The notes: a model not told the origin generated them from the letters alone. 62,900 nucleotides of DNA from Candidatus Omnitrophota bacterium (GCA_903843285.1 CAIMPC010000019.1:1-62900); one strand, 5' to 3'. Shown: positions 30,113 through 39,880, counted from the stretch's first letter. Numbers and translations: made by a program.

Positions 30113-31027
30113 ATGAAGAGAGATCTGCTTTCGATTCAGGAGCTAGGATATCAGGAGATCTTTGAGATAATTAATTTGGCTGAGGACGTTAAGCTTAATA
30201 GCGTAAAATATCAATCTGCGCTTAAGGGTAAATCCATAGGTCTCATATTCCAAAAGCCGTCTAACAGAACCAGAGTATCTTTTGAGATTGGCATGTTTCA
30301 ACTGGGAGGTCATTCCGTGTATCTGGGCTCGACAGAGCTGGGTATGGGCGGTAGAGAATCCGTTAAGGATGTGGCTTGCGTACTGTCGCGGTATCTGAAC
30401 GGTATAGTTGCCAGGACCTATAAACATGCCGATATCGAAGAGCTGGCAAAATATGCATCGATACCTATAATTAACGGCCTAAGTGATATTGCGCATCCTT
30501 GCCAGGCCCTCGGTGATATCTTCACAATGGAAGAGAAATTTGGAACACTGGAGCGATTGACCATAAGCTATATAGGCGATGGTAATAACGTATTGAACTC
30601 TCTCATGTGTATCGCGGCTAAGCTCGGCATTAACATGAGGGTCGCGACACCTAAGAACTATGCGCCGGATAAAGAGATAGTCAAAATAGCGAAGTCGTAT
30701 GCGGCCAAGTCCGGCTCGACTCTCGAGATCTCCAATGACCCCAAAAAGGCGGCGAAGGATGCCGACGTGTTATATACCGACGTTTGGGTCAGTATGGGTC
30801 AGGAGAAAGATTCGGCCAAGAGAATAAAGGCATTTAAAAATTTTCAGCTGAATGATAAACTTGCAAAGCTTGCCAAAAATACACATGTTGTCATGCATTG
30901 TCTTCCGGCGCATCGCGGCCAGGAGATATCTGACTCCGTAATGGATTCCAGGCATTCGGTAGTATATGCCCAGGCTGAGAACAGGATGCATGTGCAAAAG
31001 GCGATATTGTTAAAACTTTTGAAGTAA
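30113..31027 (+). CDS. argF: Ornithine carbamoyltransferase
   Basis: 304 aa. Contains the FQKPSNRTRVSFE carbamoyl-phosphate motif and HCLPAHRG. Confidence 0.93.
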   Translation: MKRDLLSIQELGYQEIFEIINLAEDVKLNSVKYQSALKGKSIGLIFQKPSNRTRVSFEIGMFQLGGHSVYLGSTELGMGGRESVKDVACVLSRYLNGIVARTYKHADIEELAKYASIPIINGLSDIAHPCQALGDIFTMEEKFGTLERLTISYIGDGNNVLNSLMCIAAKLGINMRVATPKNYAPDKEIVKIAKSYAAKSGSTLEISNDPKKAAKDADVLYTDVWVSMGQEKDSAKRIKAFKNFQLNDKLAKLAKNTHVVMHCLPAHRGQEISDSVMDSRHSVVYAQAENRMHVQKAILLKLLK

Positions 31028-31041
31028 TGAGGAGAATTAAG

Positions 31042-32232
31042 ATGAGAGAAAAAGTGGTTCTTGCCTATTCGGGAGGCTTAGATACTTCGGTCATCATAAA
31101 GTGGCTTACGAATAAAGGATATGATGTTATAGCGTATATGGCCGATGTCGGTCAGGGATCGGACTTCGACACATATAAGAAGAGAGCATTAAAAACTGGG
31201 GCCGTAAAAGCCATCGTTGAGGACCTTAAAGAAGAATTCGTAAATGACTTTGTATTTAAAGCGCTGAAGGCCGATGCTGCATATGAATCCGGATATCTAT
31301 TGGCTACGGCACTATCGCGGCCTGTTATAGCGAAGGGGATGGTTAAGGCCGCCCATAAAGAAGGCGCCACTGCGGTTGCCCATGGCTGTACCGGTAAGGG
31401 CAATGACCAGGTCAGGTTCGAGGTAACAATACGTTCTCTTGATCCGGCCATAAAGATAATTGCGCCGGTCCGAGAGTGGGAGCTGAAGACCAGAACTGAA
31501 GAGATCGAGTATGCGAAGCGTCACCACATTCCGATAGACGTAAGCAAGAAGAAACCATATTCTATAGATGTTAACCTCTGGGGTATATCGATAGAGAGCG
31601 GGAAGCTCGAGGATCCGTACTACGAGCCCGACGAGGATATATATCAGCTTACAAAAAGTGTGGCGCGCGCTCCCGCAAAATGCGCATATGTCGAGATCGA
31701 ATTTAAAAATGGTATTCCGGTAAAGCTTGATGGTAAGGCGATGAAGAGCGTCGATCTGATTCTGAAGCTTGCTAGGATAGCCGGAGAACATGGCGTAGGA
31801 AGAAGTGATATGATCGAGAACAGGCTTATCGGCATAAAATCTCGTGAGATATATGAGGCTCCGGCAGGGTGGGTGATGTTCACCGCCCATAAGGCGCTTG
31901 AGAGCCTTGTGCTTGACAGAGAGCTCGCACATTTTAAAGATGGCCTTGCATTGAAGTATGCCGAGCTTACGTATTATGGATTATGGTATACGCCGCTTAA
32001 AGAAGCGCTCGATAAATTTATAGACGAGACTCAGAAGAAAGTAAGCGGTACGGTGAAGGTAAAACTGCACAAAGGAACATGTTCTGTGGTGGGTAGAAAG
32101 AGTCCGAACTCGCTTTATAGAAAAGCGCTTGCGACTTATGAGGAAGGGGATCTCTTCGACCAGTCACTTGCAAAAGGATTCCTGGATCTCTGGGGTCTTC
32201 CGTATAAAGGGTTATATAAGGGTAAGGTATAA
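31042..32232 (+). CDS. argG: Argininosuccinate synthase
   Basis: I prefer the ATG at 31042, preceded by aggaga. PP-loop AYSGGLDTS. The track start is 31027. Confidence 0.93.
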   Translation: MREKVVLAYSGGLDTSVIIKWLTNKGYDVIAYMADVGQGSDFDTYKKRALKTGAVKAIVEDLKEEFVNDFVFKALKADAAYESGYLLATALSRPVIAKGMVKAAHKEGATAVAHGCTGKGNDQVRFEVTIRSLDPAIKIIAPVREWELKTRTEEIEYAKRHHIPIDVSKKKPYSIDVNLWGISIESGKLEDPYYEPDEDIYQLTKSVARAPAKCAYVEIEFKNGIPVKLDGKAMKSVDLILKLARIAGEHGVGRSDMIENRLIGIKSREIYEAPAGWVMFTAHKALESLVLDRELAHFKDGLALKYAELTYYGLWYTPLKEALDKFIDETQKKVSGTVKVKLHKGTCSVVGRKSPNSLYRKALATYEEGDLFDQSLAKGFLDLWGLPYKGLYKGKV

Positions 32233-32267
32233 TCGAAAGTGGTTCAGGGTCTTACTGGGAGAATAAG

Positions 32268-33593
32268 ATGGCAAAAAAACTTTGGGGTGGAAGATTTCAA
32301 AAAGAGACCGACCCGCTGTTAGAAAAGTTTTCACGATCCATCCAATATGATCATAAGTTGGCACAGTATGATCTATTCGGCTCGATGGCGCACGTCCAGA
32401 TATTGAAGAAGGCAAAGTATCTGACTCACGCTGAAGCCGGGAAACTTAATAAGGCGCTCGGTTCTCTGTATGCATTAGTCTTAAAGGGCGAATTTAAATA
32501 CGATCATAAAGCCGAGGATATCCATACCGACATCCAGAACAAACTTCTGGCGATCGCCGGAGATCTGGCGCTTAAGCTTCATACGGCGAGATCGCGCAAC
32601 GACCAGGTCGTCTTTGCGGTTAAAACATATTGCAAAGCGGAGCTTGCAAAAACAGTAGTTATGGTCCGTCGGCTCCAAGACGCGCTGTATGCAGTGGCGA
32701 AGTCCAATAACGATCTGGTTCTGCCGGGTTTCACACATATGCAGCATGCTCAGCCGATAATTGCGAAGGATTATATTAAGGCCTACGCCCAAATGCTGGA
32801 TAGGGACATATCACGGTTTACAGGTATCTCGGATAGTATTAAGCTGACTATGGGTTCCGGAGCGCTTGCGGGTACGCCGATATTATCGAGTGCTTATAAT
32901 ATTTCTATATCCGGCATTAAGATCAGCGCTTCGTTCAATTCTATCGATACGGTAAGCGACAGGGATTTTGTTATAGAGATATTGAGCGCGCTGTCGATCC
33001 TCGGGATGCATCTGTCGCGGCTGGCGGAAGATCTTATAATCTGGTCGACTAAGGAGTTTGACTTTATAGAGATCGACGAGGCATTCTGCACCGGAAGTTC
33101 GCTGATGCCTAATAAGAAGAACGCCGACTCTTTAGAGCTTATTAGAGGCCGGACCGGCACTCTATATGGTAACCTGGTTAGCGTTCTGACTATGATGAAG
33201 GCCCTGCCCCTTTCCTATAATCGGGATATGCAGTGCGATAAGGAGCCCCTATTTAGCTCAATAGAATTGGCTATCGACGAGCTTGGGATCATGGTGGGGC
33301 TTGTTTCAACGCTCAAGTTCAATAAGGTGAAGATCGAAGAACATCTCGAGGATGAATCGTTATATGCGACCGACATTGTCTATTATCTTGTCGATAGGGG
33401 TGTGCCGTTTAAGACAGCTCACACTATTGTGGGGAAATTGGTGAAGCATTCTATCGATAGCGGCATAGATATAAAAAGTATGAGCCAGATTGAGTTGGAT
33501 AAGTTTTCGATGAAGCTCGACAGGGAAGATATCCTGAAATTATTTAATCCAAAGGTTTCGGTAGAGTCTAAGAGATCGATAGCGAGAAAGTAG
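32268..33593 (+). CDS. argH: Argininosuccinate lyase
   Basis: 441 aa. Fumarate-lyase signature GSSLMPNKKNADSLE. Confidence 0.93.
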   Translation: MAKKLWGGRFQKETDPLLEKFSRSIQYDHKLAQYDLFGSMAHVQILKKAKYLTHAEAGKLNKALGSLYALVLKGEFKYDHKAEDIHTDIQNKLLAIAGDLALKLHTARSRNDQVVFAVKTYCKAELAKTVVMVRRLQDALYAVAKSNNDLVLPGFTHMQHAQPIIAKDYIKAYAQMLDRDISRFTGISDSIKLTMGSGALAGTPILSSAYNISISGIKISASFNSIDTVSDRDFVIEILSALSILGMHLSRLAEDLIIWSTKEFDFIEIDEAFCTGSSLMPNKKNADSLELIRGRTGTLYGNLVSVLTMMKALPLSYNRDMQCDKEPLFSSIELAIDELGIMVGLVSTLKFNKVKIEEHLEDESLYATDIVYYLVDRGVPFKTAHTIVGKLVKHSIDSGIDIKSMSQIELDKFSMKLDREDILKLFNPKVSVESKRSIARK

Positions 33594-33603
33594 GTTTGGA
33601 CAG

Positions 33604-34860
33604 ATGCACGAATTTGGTTTTAAGGACAATGAGCTTTACTGCGAAGGTATAAAGATTACCGATATAGCAAAGACTGTAGATACGCCTTTCTATCTCTACA
33701 GTTATAAGACGTTGGTAGATCATTACAAGAAGCTAAAGACGGCCTTTAAGCCGATAAATCCGCTCATAGCCTTCTCTATGAAATCCAACTCCAGCCTGGC
33801 GGTAGTGAGGGCCCTGGTGAAGAATGGTGCCGGACTCGATATAGTATCCGGCGGAGAGCTCTACAGGGCGCGTCTGGCAGGAGTCGATCCTAAGAAGGTC
33901 GTCTACGCCGGTGTAGGAAAAAAAACCGAGGAGATAAGCTCCGCGATAGAGTTTGGCATACTCTTCTTTAACGCTGAATCGGAGGATGAACTGGATGAGA
34001 TACAGAGTATTGCCGCCAGGTTCGGCAAAAAGGTCAGTGTTGCTATCAGGATAAATCCCGACGTGATACCGAAGACGCACCGTTACATAGCCACAGGCAA
34101 AGGTGGAACGAAGTTTGGCTTAGACTTCGAAACGGTGCATAAGATATTCAACATGAGATGGAAGTATCCTAATCTTAACCTGAATGGCGTTCATGTGCAT
34201 ATAGGATCTCAAATATTGGACGCCGGGCCGTTTGAGGACGCCATAAAGAAGACATTAGATTTTCTGAAGACATACAAGATAGATGTCGAATACTTTAATA
34301 TAGGTGGCGGGCTTGGCATAATGTATTCGGTAGAGAATCCGCAAACGGCAAAGAATTTTGCCAAGCGCGTGATACCGCTTCTTAAGAAGTCAGGCCTTAA
34401 AATAATACTCGAGCCGGGACGGTTTATTTCCGGGAATAGCGGCGTGTTCGTTACGCGTGTAATATATACGAAGAGGACTCCACGTAAGAAGTTTCTGATA
34501 GTTGATGGCGGCATGAACGACCTCATCAGACCCAGTCTGTATGAGGCATATCATAAGATAATTCCGGTTAAGGTATCGGAGCATAGCTCTGAGACATGTG
34601 AAAAGGTTGATATAGTCGGACCTATATGCGAATCAGGGGATTTTCTAGGGAAAGAAAGGCTATTGCCGCAGGCAGTCAAGGGCGATATATTGGCGGTTAT
34701 GGGTGCTGGCGCATACGGATTTACCATGTCCAGCAATTACAATTCGCGTCCGCGGCCGGCCGAGGTTATGGTCATGGGTAAGAATTATTACGTCGTGCGT
34801 AAGCCGGAGACTTATGAGGATCTGGTAAAAGGCGAAACTATACCAAAGGCGTTGAAATAG
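33604..34860 (+). CDS. lysA: Diaminopimelate decarboxylase
   Basis: 418 aa. PLP-lysine block AFSMKSNS, plus GGGLGI and GPICESGDFL. Confidence 0.92.
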   Translation: MHEFGFKDNELYCEGIKITDIAKTVDTPFYLYSYKTLVDHYKKLKTAFKPINPLIAFSMKSNSSLAVVRALVKNGAGLDIVSGGELYRARLAGVDPKKVVYAGVGKKTEEISSAIEFGILFFNAESEDELDEIQSIAARFGKKVSVAIRINPDVIPKTHRYIATGKGGTKFGLDFETVHKIFNMRWKYPNLNLNGVHVHIGSQILDAGPFEDAIKKTLDFLKTYKIDVEYFNIGGGLGIMYSVENPQTAKNFAKRVIPLLKKSGLKIILEPGRFISGNSGVFVTRVIYTKRTPRKKFLIVDGGMNDLIRPSLYEAYHKIIPVKVSEHSSETCEKVDIVGPICESGDFLGKERLLPQAVKGDILAVMGAGAYGFTMSSNYNSRPRPAEVMVMGKNYYVVRKPETYEDLVKGETIPKALK

Positions 34861-35670
34861 ATGAGAGATTTAAAATTCACAAAGTCAGTGGCTACGGGAA
34901 ATGACTTTATGATAGTCGATAATCGTTCAAATTTAATTAAGAATTTACCTGCTCTTGCGCGGAAAGCATGCGATCGTAAACGTTCAATAGGCGCCGATGG
35001 TATTTTAGTAGTTGAGAATTCGAAAAAATGCGATTTCAAGATGCGTGTGTTTAATTCAGATGGCAGTGAAGCCCAAATGTGCGGGAACGGCTCAAGATGC
35101 GTTGCGTTATATGCAGTGACTAAGAAGATAGCGAAGAAAGATATGACGATCGATACGCTGGCCGGGCCTATCAAAGTCAGTGTAAATGGAAGCCTCGTAA
35201 AGGTTATGTTGACAGAGCCCAGAGATATCCGATGGAACTTCTGTCTTATGATACATAAGTGCCCGTATAAACTTAGTTTCGTAAATACGGGAGTGCCCCA
35301 TGTTGTGCATTTTGTAGAAGATATTGAGAAAGTAGACGTCAAGAATATAGGTTCACATCTGCGCAGCCATGGTGAATTTGCTCCCGAAGGGACAAACGCT
35401 GATTTTGTGCAGATTGCCGGTAAGAACAGCATTAAGGTAAGGACATACGAACGCGGCGTGGAAGATGAGACTCTTGCCTGCGGTACCGGATCGGTCGCAG
35501 GCGCGCTCATCTCCGCTGAAGCTGAAGGAATGACCTCGCCCGTAACAGTGCATACACAAAGCGGAGAGAAATTAAAAGTATATTTTAGAAAGATAGACGG
35601 TGATTTTAAGAATGTCTATCTGGAAGGTTATGCAAAACTTGTTTACGAAGGAGTGATGAGAGATGTTTAA
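34861..35670 (+). CDS. dapF: Diaminopimelate epimerase
   Basis: 269 aa. Two catalytic Cys blocks, NSDGSEAQMCGNGSRC and LACGTGSVA. The start abuts the lysA stop. Confidence 0.92.
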   Translation: MRDLKFTKSVATGNDFMIVDNRSNLIKNLPALARKACDRKRSIGADGILVVENSKKCDFKMRVFNSDGSEAQMCGNGSRCVALYAVTKKIAKKDMTIDTLAGPIKVSVNGSLVKVMLTEPRDIRWNFCLMIHKCPYKLSFVNTGVPHVVHFVEDIEKVDVKNIGSHLRSHGEFAPEGTNADFVQIAGKNSIKVRTYERGVEDETLACGTGSVAGALISAEAEGMTSPVTVHTQSGEKLKVYFRKIDGDFKNVYLEGYAKLVYEGVMRDV

Positions 35671-36535
35671 AGGTTCAATGGTGGCACTGGTTACGCCTTT
35701 CAAGGAAGGTCAGGTGGACGAAAAGACGCTTAGCCAATTAGTGGAGTTTCATATAAAGAATGGCACGTCCGCTTTGGTTCCATGCGGCACGACAGGTGAA
35801 TCTGCCACTCTGAATTATGAAGAGCATGATCGGGTCATCGAACTCACGATAAAGTGCGCCGGCGGCCGCGTACCGGTCATAGCCGGCACGGGAGCCAATT
35901 CTACGGACGAAGCTATAGCCCTTACTAAGCATGCGAAGCGCGCCGGGGCCCAGGCGTCCCTGCAAGTCAGCCCCTACTACAATAAGCCGACGCAGAAGGG
36001 CCTTTATCTGCATTTTAAGGCCATAGCGGAAGCGGTAGATATACCTATAATTCTTTACAATATTGCTTCCCGTACGGGAGTAAATATAGAGCCTGAGACG
36101 TTCGCGAAGCTGGCTGAGATAAAAAATATCATAGGTGTTAAGGAGGCCAGCGGCAGTCTCGAGCAGATGTCGCGAATCAGGAAGATATGCCCGAAAGATT
36201 TTCTGTTGATATCGGGTGATGATTCTCTTACACTGCCGGTGATGGCTATCGGCGGAGTGGGGGTAATATCGGTAGTTGCTAATATAGTTCCGCGCGATGT
36301 GGCAGACATGTGCCGCTTATTCGCCGAGGGCGATATCTCGCGCGCTCGGGAGCTTCACTATAAACTCCTCGATCTGACGAAGTCGATGTTCATAGAGACC
36401 AACCCTATATCGGTTAAGACGGCGATGGGGCTGATGAAGATGTGTGGTTCTGATCTCAGGCTTCCGATGTGTGAGATGATGCCGGAGAATAAAGAGAAGC
36501 TTGTCAAGGCGCTGAAAGAATATAAACTAATATAG
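35663..36535 (+). CDS. dapA: 4-hydroxy-tetrahydrodipicolinate synthase
   Basis: 290 aa. Contains PCGTTGES and the Schiff-base lysine block IGVKEASG. Overlaps the dapF end. Confidence 0.93.
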   Translation: MFKGSMVALVTPFKEGQVDEKTLSQLVEFHIKNGTSALVPCGTTGESATLNYEEHDRVIELTIKCAGGRVPVIAGTGANSTDEAIALTKHAKRAGAQASLQVSPYYNKPTQKGLYLHFKAIAEAVDIPIILYNIASRTGVNIEPETFAKLAEIKNIIGVKEASGSLEQMSRIRKICPKDFLLISGDDSLTLPVMAIGGVGVISVVANIVPRDVADMCRLFAEGDISRARELHYKLLDLTKSMFIETNPISVKTAMGLMKMCGSDLRLPMCEMMPENKEKLVKALKEYKLI

Positions 36536-36555
36536 AGAGGCTCGGGAGTGATTCG

Positions 36556-37230
36556 ATGGTTAAAATATCTGTAAGTGGTTCTAAGGGAAAGATGGGCTCG
36601 AGGATAGCTGAACTTTTAAAGGATGACGCTGAACTGGAGTTATCAGGAAGCTTTGATGCCGGAGAAGACCCTGAAGGCCCTGTAGGTTCATGCGATTGTC
36701 TGATAGAGTTTACGACTCCGGATGCCACGATTAAAAATCTGGAGCTATGTCAGAAACTTGGCAAGGCAATGGTTATAGGCACGACAGGACTCACTAACGA
36801 CCAGAAGGATAAGATTAAAGAGACTGCTAAGTCGATACCCATCGTACTCTCTCCGAATATGTCGGTCGGTGTAAATGTGCTTTTTAAAATGATAGCCGAT
36901 GTAGCACGAGTGCTCGGGAGCGAATACAATATCGAGATAGTCGAGGCTCATCATGTCCATAAGAAGGATGCGCCGAGCGGCACAGCCAAGGAGATGGCTC
37001 GTATAGTGAAAGACGTCAAGGGCGATATTGATATCCCGATAGAGTCGATACGCGAGGATGAAATAGTCGGTGAGCATACGATCACATTTAACAGCGATGT
37101 GGACACGATCGAGATCACTCACAGCGCTAAAACCCGTGACATCTTCGTAAAGGGCGCTCTTAAGGCCGCCAAATTTTTAGTGAAGCAGAAACCGGGCGTG
37201 TATAGCATGCAGGACGTATTACATATCTAA
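36556..37230 (+). CDS. dapB: 4-hydroxy-tetrahydrodipicolinate reductase (short form)
   Basis: 224 aa. DapB signature EAHHVHKKDAPSGTA. The stop codon lies inside the 21-bp palindrome at 37223-37243. Confidence 0.88.
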   Translation: MVKISVSGSKGKMGSRIAELLKDDAELELSGSFDAGEDPEGPVGSCDCLIEFTTPDATIKNLELCQKLGKAMVIGTTGLTNDQKDKIKETAKSIPIVLSPNMSVGVNVLFKMIADVARVLGSEYNIEIVEAHHVHKKDAPSGTAKEMARIVKDVKGDIDIPIESIREDEIVGEHTITFNSDVDTIEITHSAKTRDIFVKGALKAAKFLVKQKPGVYSMQDVLHI

Positions 37231-37256
37231 CCTGGTTAGATATGCCAGGTTAGACC
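37223..37256. repeat. CCWGG-centred palindromes (family 2, locus 2)
   Basis: A perfect 21-bp palindrome atatctaacctggttagatat (37223-37243) is followed by gccaggttagacc. It shares the units atatctaaccWggttagat and aggtctaacctgg with locus 21486-21530. Confidence 0.85.
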
Positions 37257-37275
37257 TATTATATGGGAGCCAGGA

Positions 37276-38442
37276 ATGAAGTTCGAACGATCTGAGAGGT
37301 TGAAGAAGTTGCCGCCGTATCTCTTCGTCGAGATCGACAGGGCGAAGAAAAAGGCGCGCGATGAGGGACGCGATATCATCGATCTCGGCATAGGTGACCC
37401 CGATCTTCCTACGCCGAAGTTTGTGATCGACGCTATGAATAAGGCGATGCGTGAGCCTAAGAATCAGCGTTATCCGCTCGATGCGGGCCTGCCCGAGTTC
37501 AGGCGCGCAATCTCCAAATGGTTTAAGAAGCGCTACGGCGTAGATCTGGATGAGAATGGTGAGATATTACCGCTTATCGGATCTAAGGAAGGGATCTCTC
37601 ATATACCTCTTGCGTTTATCAATCCCGGCGATGTAGTCCTTATGCCGGATCCTTGTTACCCTCCATATAAATCCGGGACATGGTTTGCCGGCGGAGAAGT
37701 GGAGCTGATGCCGTTGGAAGCAAAGAACCATTTTTTGCCGGACCTTAAGGCCATTAATCATAATATTCTGCATAAGGTTCGTATGTTATTCATAAACTAT
37801 CCGAATAATCCTACCGGAGCGGTGTGCGATAAGCGTTTCTTTGAACACGTGGTCGACTTTGCCAGGCAGCATAACATTATAGTCTGCCATGATGCCGCAT
37901 ACTCCGAGATGGGTTACGACGGTTATAGGGCGCCGAGCATCTTAGAAGTCGATGGCGCTAAAGACGTCGCAATAGAATTTCATTCCTTATCGAAGACATT
38001 CAATATGACAGGCTGGAGGCTCGGCTTTGCTTGTGGCAATCCGGAGCTTGTAGCCGCCCTGGCTAAGGTTAAGTCCAATATAGATTCGGGGGTCTTTTTT
38101 GCCATACAGCGCGCTGGTGTCGATGCGTTAGAAAATTATGACAGGCACATTAAGCCGACGCTAAAGATCTATGAAGATAGGCGTAATTGTCTCGTGGAAG
38201 GATTGCGGTCTCTTGGGTGGAGCCTCGAGAGCCCGAAAGCCACATTCTATGTATGGTTTAAGGTTCCTCCCAGGTATACCTCGGCGCTACTGGCAAAGGA
38301 ACTATTAGATAAATGCGATATAGTTGCCACTCCCGGTAACGGTTTTGGTGCCAACGGAGAAGGTTACTTGAGGATGGCCCTGACCGTAGATAAGAAGCGC
38401 ATTAAGGAAGCCGTGGAGCGTATCAGGAAGAGATTAATTTAG
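37276..38442 (+). CDS. dapL: LL-diaminopimelate aminotransferase (DapL-type class I aminotransferase)
   Basis: 388 aa. N-terminal LPPYLFVEIDRAK...GIGDPDLPTP and the PLP-lysine block SLSKTFNMTGWRLG. It is the last gene of the dap cluster, and no dapD/dapC/dapE are present in the window. Confidence 0.75.
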   Translation: MKFERSERLKKLPPYLFVEIDRAKKKARDEGRDIIDLGIGDPDLPTPKFVIDAMNKAMREPKNQRYPLDAGLPEFRRAISKWFKKRYGVDLDENGEILPLIGSKEGISHIPLAFINPGDVVLMPDPCYPPYKSGTWFAGGEVELMPLEAKNHFLPDLKAINHNILHKVRMLFINYPNNPTGAVCDKRFFEHVVDFARQHNIIVCHDAAYSEMGYDGYRAPSILEVDGAKDVAIEFHSLSKTFNMTGWRLGFACGNPELVAALAKVKSNIDSGVFFAIQRAGVDALENYDRHIKPTLKIYEDRRNCLVEGLRSLGWSLESPKATFYVWFKVPPRYTSALLAKELLDKCDIVATPGNGFGANGEGYLRMALTVDKKRIKEAVERIRKRLI

Positions 38443-38587
38443 TAACAGCTCAGTTCCAGAAGAAGATTGACTAGAGCTTGTCATCCTGAATGAGCCGAAG
38501 GCGAATGAAGGATCTCGTTTTTAGATTCTTCGTAGGGCTAAAGCCCTACGAAGAATGACGCATGCTCTTATATGACTGAACTATTAT
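38442..38587 (-). mobile_element. MITE/REP-like nested-palindrome element, copy B
   Basis: One end is gtaacagctcagttccagaagaagattgactagagcttgtcatcctga. The core contains agattcttcgtagggctaaagccctacgaagaatgacgcatgctcttatatgact. It is nearly the reverse complement of copy D end to end. TTAATTTA lies on both flanks (38434-38441 and 38588-38595). Confidence 0.75.
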
Positions 38588-38608
38588 TTAATTTAACCCA
38601 TAATATCT

Positions 38609-39031
38609 ATGGCAATATGCTACATAGGAATAGGGTCGAACCTCGGTGACAGGCGCCGGAATATCGGCGCGGCGATCTCTGAGATAGAAAAGAGTTCGAC
38701 CATTAGCCTAAGACGTGTCTCATCCATATACGAGACAGAGCCGGTCGGCGAAGTGCCTCAGGGTAAATTTCTGAACGGTGTGCTGGAAATAGAAACTAAC
38801 CTTACGCCCAGGCAGTTATTAAAAGAATTGAACGGGATTGAAGATGATCTAGGGCGGGAAAGAAGGATTCGAAACGGACCCAGAACCATGGACCTGGATA
38901 TTCTATATTACGCCGATGAAGTAGTTAACGAAGACGATCTCGTTATACCGCATCCCAGGATAGGCCAGAGAGAGTTTGTATTAAGGGGTCTGGGCGAATT
39001 ACATAAAAGCATGGCGCGGAAGGTATTATAG
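38609..39031 (+). CDS. folK: 2-amino-4-hydroxy-6-hydroxymethyldihydropteridine diphosphokinase
   Basis: 140 aa. Motifs IGIGSNLGDR, GPRTMDLDIL and IPHPR. Confidence 0.9.
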   Translation: MAICYIGIGSNLGDRRRNIGAAISEIEKSSTISLRRVSSIYETEPVGEVPQGKFLNGVLEIETNLTPRQLLKELNGIEDDLGRERRIRNGPRTMDLDILYYADEVVNEDDLVIPHPRIGQREFVLRGLGELHKSMARKVL

Positions 39032-39876
39032 TGAAATTAATAGATGGTATATCAAGAATGGCCACCCTGGTAAAGATGCTTAAAAAAGAGGGTAAATCTA
39101 TAGGCTTTGTCCCGACGATGGGGTATCTTCACGAAGGCCATATGAGTCTCGTAAAAGCTGCAAAGAAGCATACCGACGTTGTTATTATGAGCATTTTCGT
39201 AAATCCTATACAGTTCGGACCTAAGGAAGACTTTAAAAAATATCCGCGCGATATTAAACGCGATGAAGCGTTAGCTGCCGAGACCGGGGTAGATATTATT
39301 TTTTGCCCCACAGCCGAGGAGATGTATCCCGAAGGCTTTACGACTTACGTTAACGTTGAAGGCCTTTCGAGCGTGTTATGCGGCGCTTCTCGCATAGGGC
39401 ACTTCATGGGAGTCGCTACGGTCGTCGCAAAATTATTTAATATAATTAAGCCGGACGTGGCATATTTCGGTCAGAAGGACGCCCAGCAGGTGATAGCGAT
39501 AAAGCAGATGGTCTGCGACCTGAATATGGATATCGAGATAAAAACTATACCTACTGTGCGTGAGTCGGATGGTCTGGCTATGAGCTCCCGCAATATTTAT
39601 CTATCAGAGCCCCAGAGACGTCAGGCTCTCGTCCTGAAGCAATCTCTAGATAGGGCCATTAACTTAGTAAGTGCCGGGGAGAGAAGTTCTGAAAATATTA
39701 TCAAAGAGATGAGGAGCCTTATACTCCGAATGCCCATGGTGGAAATCGATTACGTATCCATAGTGGATACTAAAAACCTGAAAGATATATCCGATATATC
39801 GGATGAAGTGCTAATAGCTCTGGCGGTGTTTGTAGGTAAGACCAGGTTAATAGACAACATTATTGTTAAGGTATAA
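39031..39876 (+). CDS. panC: Pantoate-beta-alanine ligase
   Basis: 281 aa. Motifs PTMGYLHEGH, FGQKDAQQ and MSSRN. The GTG start overlaps the folK stop by 1 nt. Confidence 0.92.
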   Translation: MKLIDGISRMATLVKMLKKEGKSIGFVPTMGYLHEGHMSLVKAAKKHTDVVIMSIFVNPIQFGPKEDFKKYPRDIKRDEALAAETGVDIIFCPTAEEMYPEGFTTYVNVEGLSSVLCGASRIGHFMGVATVVAKLFNIIKPDVAYFGQKDAQQVIAIKQMVCDLNMDIEIKTIPTVRESDGLAMSSRNIYLSEPQRRQALVLKQSLDRAINLVSAGERSSENIIKEMRSLILRMPMVEIDYVSIVDTKNLKDISDISDEVLIALAVFVGKTRLIDNIIVKV

Positions 39877-39880
39877 ATAT

